A stretch of DNA of 64,000 nt from Halodesulfurarchaeum sp. (lineage in GTDB: Archaea > Halobacteriota > Halobacteria > Halobacteriales > Halobacteriaceae). The notes beneath the pieces were generated by a model. It saw nothing but the letters and a program-made list of their open reading frames with translations, was not told the origin of the DNA and did no database searches. The position numbers and the translations under genes were made by a program. Below, piece after piece: positions 57,634 to 64,000 of this stretch. The DNA is taken from the NCBI GenBank assembly GCA_042216015.1, contig JBDGUI010000015.1:30613-94612 (forward strand). The letters are read 5' to 3'. Within the stretch, counting starts at the first letter, position 1; each line of letters starts with the position of its first letter.

Positions 57634-60252
57634 TCACTGCCGAGCCCACTCGAGCATCCGGGCGTACCGTTCCCGGCTGGACAGCGCCTTCGGATCACCG
57701 ACCAGAACGAGGGATTTCTTCGCCCTCGTCAGCGCGACGTTCATTCGGCGCTCGTCCTCGAAGAGCGGCCCGTCGAGGCTTCCGGAGGCGACGAAGGAGA
57801 CCAGCAGGATCTCGGTGCTCGAGCCCTGGAACCGGTCGACGGTGTCGACGGTGATCCCCTCGGGAACCAGGGGGGCGATCGTCGACACCTGGGCGCGAAA
57901 CGGGGCGATGACGCCGACGTCCGCTGGGTCGGCACCGGCCTCGAGAAAGGACTCGACGATCGTCGCGACGCGTTCGGCCTCGACCTCGTCCCGGTGATCG
58001 GCGTCGGTACCGGCAACCGGTACGAAGGAAACACCGTCGTACACGTCAGTTCGGGATGGATCCAGTCCGAGGTCCGCGATCGATTGGCCCGCGACCGCGG
58101 CCGTCGCGGGCCGGAGGTCCCCGTCGTAGAACTCCCGGGACGCGAAGGCCTGAATCCGCTGGCTCATACGGTACTGTCGGTCGAGCATGACCGCCGCTTC
58201 GGAATACCGATCGATGAGCCGCTCGAAGAGCGAGGTCTCGAGGTCCGATGCGGACTGGACGACCGGCGGAAGCTGGCGATGATCGCCCACGAGCACGAAG
58301 CGGTCCCCGCGATTGATCGCGGCCAGCGTGTCGGGTTCGGTTAGCTGGCTGGCCTCGTCGACGACCACCACGTCGAAGGACTGCGAGCGCATCACCCGCG
58401 AGCCACAGGTCGAGGTGGTGGCGGCCACGACCGGTGCCGATTCGAGTGCCGAAGCCCGTTCCGCTGGGTCGCCGTCGGGTTCCAGGCGGAGGTGGATCAT
58501 GTCTTCACGCACGCCCGAGGCGGTTCCCATCCGGACGACGTCCGAGAATCCCCGATCGAGCAGCGCCTCGAGCGCGTTGTCGACCGCGCGGTTCGTGAAG
58601 GCCGAGAGCAACACCCGGTCACCCCGGTCGACCAGTTCGGCGACGAGCGTGGCGATCGTGTAGGTCTTCCCGGTTCCCGGTGGGCCGTGGATGAGCGCGA
58701 GATCCTCCGCCCCGAGCGCCCGGTTGATCGCCCGGTTCTGGGCCGGGTTGTTCTCGATGATATCCCGGTTTGGCTCGTCGAAACCGGGCTGCTCCCGACC
58801 GAACAGGAGGTCCCGGCGGCGACCGGGGCCCTTGAGGACCCCGTCATGGAGGGCCGTCAACATCCGGTCGACGGAGAACTCCGAGGGATAGACGTCGAGG
58901 CGTCGCAGGTCGAGGGGTTCGTCCACTGAGACGACCACCTCGGGACCGAGCGACTCGACGACGGCGAGTTCCGATCGGCCCGTTAAAGGGTCGCCGTCGC
59001 TCGCGAGGACGCGATCACCGACCCTGATCTTCGACACGGCGTCGGGTGCCCGGTTCGCGCTGAGGTGCCATCGCCCACTCGAGCGTTGCTCCCGACCGCT
59101 CGGTTCGAGATCCACGAGGGCACGATCCGCCGCGGCGCGTTCGGCCGAGGTCTGCTCCCAGAGTTTGGCGTACTCGCGGTGAATGGCCCCGCGCTCGGTT
59201 TCGATGGCCTCGTACTGGGCTTCGAAGTACTCCCGCTCTTCGGCCGGAAGGGGGTCGCCGACCGACCCGGCCTTCGACCGCTGATCGAGCCGACCGGAGA
59301 CGACGAGACAGGTGTCCTGCTCGAAGCAGTACTGGCAGGTGGCATCGGCCTCGTACCCGGTCGGGACCGAGAAGTCGAACTCCATGGCCGCGATCTCGTT
59401 TCGGGTCCGGAGGACGAAGTCCGTGAGTCCGGTCCCGATCGAGAAGTCCTTGGCCGGGGAGAGATCCCCCGTCTCCTCCTCGAGGGCCGCGTTTTTGGTG
59501 TAGAGCAACGTCCCCGTGTCGACGTCGACCCCGCGCTCTTCGAGCAACAGCGCGTACGCAGCCGCCTGTATCTTGTCCTGGAACCGTGGACTCCGGCTCG
59601 TGTTCTTCCCGGTCTTGAGTTCGACGGGGGTCCCCCGCCTGATCGCGTCACACCGTCCCTTCATCCCGTACGTGTCACTGAGCAGGCTAACCTCGGAGCG
59701 CCAATCGTCCCCCTCGAGTCGGCCCTGCTCGAGCCAGGTCTCGATCGCCCCTGCGTTCCTCCGCACCTCCGCCGTGACCGATTCGCGATCGCGGCCGAGC
59801 AGTCCCAGTTCCAGGGCGGCCTCGGAGACGCGTTTCTCGACGGCCGAGTCGAGATCGCGTCCCCGCAGGAGGTCCCCGAAGACCTCGTGGACGATCGTCC
59901 CCTTGGTGACCGGATATTCCAGCGGGAGGCCGCCGATCTTGTTGAGATAGTAGAGCCGAGGACACTGGACCCAGGATCGGATGTCCGTGACGTCGACGAG
60001 GAAGTCGGGTTCGACGACGACTTTCGAGGCCTGGGTCGTCGACAGCTCCTCCGCCTGTCGCTCGAGGCCTGACACGTAAAGGTCCATTCCGGGTTCCAGA
60101 ATCCGCGCGGTTTCGGCCCAGTCCCCCCACAGCGAAATCGCGACCCGGTCGTCGCCGACCTGCACCTGTATCGTCGCAACGTCACGGTCACCCGCGCCGG
60201 TGGATTCGGTTCGGATTTCGCCGACGTTTCGGACGTCGCCCCGACGGTTCAC
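57634..60252 (-). CDS. Dna2-like nuclease-helicase (OB fold + Cas4-like Fe-S nuclease + SF1 helicase)
   Basis: CPR...GTIVH...GRCD...ELKTG...Q...Y...CQYC.....C; GPPGTGKT, DEASQ, GDHRQL, QYRM, TVDRFQG, NVALTRAK. Confidence 0.9.
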   Translation of the reverse strand: MNRRGDVRNVGEIRTESTGAGDRDVATIQVQVGDDRVAISLWGDWAETARILEPGMDLYVSGLERQAEELSTTQASKVVVEPDFLVDVTDIRSWVQCPRLYYLNKIGGLPLEYPVTKGTIVHEVFGDLLRGRDLDSAVEKRVSEAALELGLLGRDRESVTAEVRRNAGAIETWLEQGRLEGDDWRSEVSLLSDTYGMKGRCDAIRRGTPVELKTGKNTSRSPRFQDKIQAAAYALLLEERGVDVDTGTLLYTKNAALEEETGDLSPAKDFSIGTGLTDFVLRTRNEIAAMEFDFSVPTGYEADATCQYCFEQDTCLVVSGRLDQRSKAGSVGDPLPAEEREYFEAQYEAIETERGAIHREYAKLWEQTSAERAAADRALVDLEPSGREQRSSGRWHLSANRAPDAVSKIRVGDRVLASDGDPLTGRSELAVVESLGPEVVVSVDEPLDLRRLDVYPSEFSVDRMLTALHDGVLKGPGRRRDLLFGREQPGFDEPNRDIIENNPAQNRAINRALGAEDLALIHGPPGTGKTYTIATLVAELVDRGDRVLLSAFTNRAVDNALEALLDRGFSDVVRMGTASGVREDMIHLRLEPDGDPAERASALESAPVVAATTSTCGSRVMRSQSFDVVVVDEASQLTEPDTLAAINRGDRFVLVGDHRQLPPVVQSASDLETSLFERLIDRYSEAAVMLDRQYRMSQRIQAFASREFYDGDLRPATAAVAGQSIADLGLDPSRTDVYDGVSFVPVAGTDADHRDEVEAERVATIVESFLEAGADPADVGVIAPFRAQVSTIAPLVPEGITVDTVDRFQGSSTEILLVSFVASGSLDGPLFEDERRMNVALTRAKKSLVLVGDPKALSSRERYARMLEWARQ

Positions 60253-60319
60253 AATCGGGTGGAGGGGGGCCGGGCCGAAAACGATGTCGCTCCGCCTCGA
60301 GTGTTCCGCCTGCTGCCGT

Positions 60320-61276
60320 TCAATTTTTCGGGGACATCCTGTCGAGCCACCGTGCCGGGGACTCCAGTTCTGCCTCCCGGGGCAGATTGTCCGGAGTGGC
60401 CCAGACCAGTCCGGCCCCCTTTACCCCTCGCGCTGCCACGATGGCCTCGAAAAACCGGCTGCCCCGTTCGTACTGAGCCCGTTTGACGTCGAGGCCGAGC
60501 AGCCTGGCGACGAGCCTCGAAAGTGGACCGCCTCCCGCCCGGCGCTCGTCGAGTTTTCGGCGAAGGTCGGCCGTCGCCTGGTCGATGGCCTCGTCCATGA
60601 GAAGTTCGGCGTAGCCCTCCACGGCGGTCATCGCCCGGTTCAGCTCCCCATACTGCACCCGGGGAATCGACCCGGTCGCGAGTTCGGAGATGACGCCCCT
60701 GACCCGAGTTGCCAGGTAGTCCCGCAACCAGGGCGCCATCCCGAACTCCGCGGCGTGAGCGACCTCATGAAAGGCGATCCAGCGGCGAAATCGATCGACG
60801 GAAACGTCGAGTTCCGTGGCGACCCGGACGACGTTGGGATGGACGATGTAGAGTGTGGGAGACCGATCCCCGGCGAACAGCCGTGGATCGTATTGACCCA
60901 TCACCCGCCGGGAGAGGTATGCAACCGAGCCAGCGACTGAAGCGGTGTTGAGCGGTCCCGTAATGGCGGGGAATCGACCGGCATCGGTCCCGAGCGGTTC
61001 GAATGCCGCTTCGAGTGTGGAGAGCGTGGCGTCGATCCAGTGGCGCCGGTTCTGTACCTCGACGGTCCCCGGGAGGTCGAACTCGATCCCCGTGGCAGAC
61101 TGGATTCCCGCCCGGGCCTCGCGGATGTCGGCAGCGTAGGCGTCTCTCGAGGCCGAGTCGAGATCGAGGTCGCCCGGATCGACCATCGCTCGAGCGGCCG
61201 TACGAGTGGCAGGCCAGTCGATGCCGTCCCTGCCCGCTGCTCCGACGATCGCCCGGGCGCCCCCCAGTGGGTCCAT
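60320..61276 (-). CDS. Zinc-dependent metalloprotease-like (DUF2342/zincin) protein
   Basis: IDW, RVMGQYD, FHEVAHAAEF (HExxH), MTAVEGYAE, K..QYE.G; start ATG 61276. Confidence 0.85.
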   Translation of the reverse strand: MDPLGGARAIVGAAGRDGIDWPATRTAARAMVDPGDLDLDSASRDAYAADIREARAGIQSATGIEFDLPGTVEVQNRRHWIDATLSTLEAAFEPLGTDAGRFPAITGPLNTASVAGSVAYLSRRVMGQYDPRLFAGDRSPTLYIVHPNVVRVATELDVSVDRFRRWIAFHEVAHAAEFGMAPWLRDYLATRVRGVISELATGSIPRVQYGELNRAMTAVEGYAELLMDEAIDQATADLRRKLDERRAGGGPLSRLVARLLGLDVKRAQYERGSRFFEAIVAARGVKGAGLVWATPDNLPREAELESPARWLDRMSPKN

Positions 61277-61323
61277 GAGAGCACTACTGGAGCAAGAGAG
61301 GAAGTCCTTCCGGCCACGGTCGG

Positions 61324-61407
61324 CGGGTCGGGGAGTACCCACGTCCTGGTTCGGGATTTTCTGGTCATGGGTGACGGGTCGGGGAATGCCCACGTTTCGG
61401 TTCGGGA
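61324..61407. repeat. 33-bp imperfect direct repeat x2 in a divergent promoter region
   Basis: CGGGTCGGGGAGTACCCACGTCCTGGTTCGGGA (61324) vs CGGGTCGGGGAATGCCCACGTTTCGGTTCGGGA (61375), 28/33 identical. Confidence 0.8.
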
Positions 61408-61482
61408 GTGACCCGGTCACTTCTGGATCCCATCCCTGCGGACCAATACCACTATACGCGGTGCTGGAATAGTCATTCACCA

Positions 61483-62088
61483 ATGGCGGACACGCTCTCG
61501 TTCCTCGAGGAGCCCGCGAACACGCGCGAAGCCATCATGAAGGCCACGTATATCGCGCTCTGTGAACACGGCTACGCGGGGCTGACCATCGCCCGGATCG
61601 CCGACGAGTTCGAGAAGAGCAAGTCGCTGCTCTATCACCACTACGACAGCAAGGACGAGTTGTTGCTGGATTTTCTCGGCTTCATGCTCGAGGCCTTCCA
61701 GCGGGCGATCCCCGAGGGGGATTCCGAACCCCCCGAAGAACGGCTCGAGGCCTTCATCGAGGGATCCCTCGAACCCGAGAGGTGGGACGAGGATCTCGAA
61801 TTCACCAGCGCCATGACCGAACTCCGGGCCCAGGCGGCCCACGACGAACGATTCAAGAAGCATTTCACCGATCACGACCGGGTCTTCAAGGAGACGCTGG
61901 TCGACACGATCGAGACCGGCATCGAGGAGGGGGTATTTCGCGACGTCGACCCCGAGCAGGTGGCATCCTTCATCGTCGCGACGCTCTCCGGCGGGATGAA
62001 CCAGTTGGCGACTACGGAGTCGGAAACCCGAACGTCGATCCGGGACGAACTCGACCGATACGTTTCGACGGTCCTGCTCGTGGAGTGA
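61483..62088 (+). CDS. TetR/AcrR family transcriptional regulator
   Basis: IMKATY.AL.EHGYA.LTI..IA.E..KSKSLLYHHYDSKDELL helix-turn-helix. Confidence 0.93.
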   Translation: MADTLSFLEEPANTREAIMKATYIALCEHGYAGLTIARIADEFEKSKSLLYHHYDSKDELLLDFLGFMLEAFQRAIPEGDSEPPEERLEAFIEGSLEPERWDEDLEFTSAMTELRAQAAHDERFKKHFTDHDRVFKETLVDTIETGIEEGVFRDVDPEQVASFIVATLSGGMNQLATTESETRTSIRDELDRYVSTVLLVE

Positions 62089-62089
62089 C

Positions 62090-62335
62090 TCAACAGTGGA
62101 GCGCGAGTTTCTCGTCGACGATCCCCTTGAGCCGTGCGAGAACGAAAGCCAGGATCATCGCGCCGATCGATACCGCGAGAACACGCGCCGGTGAAACCGG
62201 GAGATCGCGGTCCCTCACAGCGTTTTTCTTAGTGGTCGGTTCGTCCCGATCCGCCCCCTCGCTGCCGCCGAAGAGGACGACCTTCGGGACGGTCTGAACG
62301 TCGAGACGATCCACGTGTATTTCGATGATGTCCAT
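62090..62335 (-). CDS. Small hypothetical membrane-anchored protein
   Basis: 81 aa with one C-terminal TM helix; fills the gap between TetR and the M42 peptidase. Confidence 0.45.
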   Translation of the reverse strand: MDIIEIHVDRLDVQTVPKVVLFGGSEGADRDEPTTKKNAVRDRDLPVSPARVLAVSIGAMILAFVLARLKGIVDEKLALHC

Positions 62336-62417
62336 GTGTCCCTCTCGGGCACGTGAAATGATAGGCTTTCTCCCGAATGACCGGGCGTTTCAAATCCCTC
62401 CGGAGACGTGTTCCCGT

Positions 62418-63482
62418 ATGGACAGCGACCGACGCGACTTCCTCGAAACGTTGCTCGAAACGCCGAGTCCGTCCGGATACGAGACGCCGGCTCTGAAAGC
62501 CTGGGTGCGCGAGGTCTCGACGTTCGTCGATCGAGTGGAAACGGACGCCTATGGAAACGCCGTCGCCACCCACGAGGGAAGTGAGGACCTCTCGATCGCC
62601 GTGACCGGCCACGCCGACGAGATCGGGTATGCCATCTCCTCGATCACGGAGGAGGGATTCCTCCGCATCATCCCGGTGGGGGGCTCGGATCCGACCGTCT
62701 CCAGAGGAACCCCGATCGAGATCCAGACCGCGGACGGTCCCGTCAATGGCGTCATCACACAGACCGCCATCCACCTGCGGGATCACGGGGAGACTGGAGA
62801 CGTTCCGGACATCGCCGCCCAGCACGTGGACATCGGCGCGGCGGACGAAGAGGCGGCCAGGAACCTCGTCGAAGTGGGAGATCCGGCAATCCCCGCCATC
62901 GGGCTACAGGACCTGGCGGGGAGTCGAATCACGGCCCGGGGGATCGACAATCGGGCCGGCACCTGGGTCGCGGCCGAGGCGCTCCGGCGGGCCGTCGAAC
63001 GGGACGTCGACGTCACGGTTCACGCCGTCGCGACCGTTCAGGAGGAACTCGGACTGAAGGGCGCAGAGATGATCGGGACCGAGATCGACGCGGACGCCGT
63101 GATCGCGGTGGACGTGACACACGCCTCCGACAACCCGGCCTACCCCGAGAAACAGGCAAACGACGTCGCTCTCGGCGAGGGACCGGTCGTCGGTCGCGGA
63201 ACGGCGAATCACCCGGAACTCGTCGCGGCCGTTCGTGAGGCCGCCGAGGGGGCCGATCTGCCGATTCAACTCGCAGCGTCCGGCCGCCGGACCGGCACCG
63301 ACGCGGACGCCTTCTACACCCAGCGTGGTGGCACGCCCAGCCTGAACCTCGGCATTCCGAATCGGTACATGCACACGCCGGTCGAGGTCATCGACCTCGA
63401 GGACCTCGACGGGGCAGCCGAGGTCGCCGTCGAGACGGCCGCGCAGGCCGCGGGTCGCACCGACTTCGAGGTATCGCTGTAA
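62418..63482 (+). CDS. M42 family aminopeptidase (TET-like)
   Basis: PSGYE, GHADEIG, DNRAG, VQEELG, VDVT, GTDAD, RYMHTPVE. Confidence 0.93.
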   Translation: MDSDRRDFLETLLETPSPSGYETPALKAWVREVSTFVDRVETDAYGNAVATHEGSEDLSIAVTGHADEIGYAISSITEEGFLRIIPVGGSDPTVSRGTPIEIQTADGPVNGVITQTAIHLRDHGETGDVPDIAAQHVDIGAADEEAARNLVEVGDPAIPAIGLQDLAGSRITARGIDNRAGTWVAAEALRRAVERDVDVTVHAVATVQEELGLKGAEMIGTEIDADAVIAVDVTHASDNPAYPEKQANDVALGEGPVVGRGTANHPELVAAVREAAEGADLPIQLAASGRRTGTDADAFYTQRGGTPSLNLGIPNRYMHTPVEVIDLEDLDGAAEVAVETAAQAAGRTDFEVSL

Positions 63483-63562
63483 CCGGGTCGGACCCTGCTG
63501 GTGGTTCCTGCCGTCTCAATTCGTTCCGGTGCGTTTATGCGACAGAGGGCGTTTTCGAGCGT

Positions 63563-63748
63563 ATGAGCGGACGACCTCTCGACGTTCTCGAGGAAACTCT
63601 CGACGAGTCCGTGACGGTCTCGCTGAAGGACGGTGAGACAGTGAGTGGCGTCCTCGAAGGTTATGACCAGCACATGAATCTCGTCCTGAACGGGGATGAA
63701 GACACAACCGTTATACGCGGCGATAACGTCGTCTCGATAGAGATATGA
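63563..63748 (+). CDS. LSm/SmAP1 protein
   Basis: RPLDVL...V.LK.G....[12 protein letters not shown]...IRGDNVV. Confidence 0.95.
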   Translation: MSGRPLDVLEETLDESVTVSLKDGETVSGVLEGYDQHMNLVLNGDEDTTVIRGDNVVSIEI

Positions 63749-63918
63749 CTGGATCCGGAACGCCGAGTCAGGGCAAAAAGAACACCAAAACCCACGTGAA
63801 GTGTCGACGGTGTGGCGAGAAGTCCTACCACGTGAAAAAGGGCGTCTGTTCGAGCTGTGGCTTCGGGAAGTCCGCCAAGCGCCGGGATTACGCCTGGCAG
63901 GAAAAGGCCGGCGAGTAG
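63745..63918 (+). CDS. rpl37e: 50S ribosomal protein L37e
   Basis: Below the ORF-track cutoff. [61 protein letters not shown] overlap with LSm. Confidence 0.97.
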   Translation: MTGSGTPSQGKKNTKTHVKCRRCGEKSYHVKKGVCSSCGFGKSAKRRDYAWQEKAGE

Positions 63919-64000
63919 TCGACGAACGGTGCGACAGTCTCGATTTCGCATCCGAGATGGTTCGGACCCGTCACTTCTGAGGTCGTCCCGTATCCGTCAC

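Overview
High-GC haloarchaeal (Halobacteria-like) chromosomal DNA, judged from the acidic proteome, many apparently leaderless starts and archaeal genes (LSm, eL37, pelota, Elp3, LysW-type Arg/Lys enzymes). The gene content suggests an anaerobically respiring lineage (inference). The left ~24 kb is a respiratory/metal region: a membrane protein-Rieske-cytochrome b operon running off the left edge, DUF2249/UspA/DUF302/CPxCG microprotein, CopZ-CopA, a deletion scar joining two gene 3' ends, a CBS-like/cystathionine lyase pair, and a complete membrane-bound [NiFe]-hydrogenase operon (S, L, cyt b, protease, a small C2H2-like protein, hypCDEABF) followed by an atypical ZIP transporter. The rest is mostly core: tRNA-Leu(CAA) with a structured repeat region, a partial LysW-dependent arg/lys operon, an orphan YcaO, glyA, a RosR-like PadR, mutY, tdk, recJ-like/elp3/rqcH/pelota, Lhr, an ABC transporter with a frameshifted stop, a Dna2-like nuclease-helicase, TetR, M42 peptidase, LSm and rpl37e. 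Most notable: a well-defined two-hairpin sRNA candidate upstream of the RosR-like gene, non-canonical Fe-S/Ni ligand motifs and accessory genes in the hydrogenase operon, the precursor-less YcaO, and a Tat-type Cys-His-Asp protein. No CRISPR array, rRNA or intact transposase was seen. All assignments are from motif recognition by eye; no searches were run.
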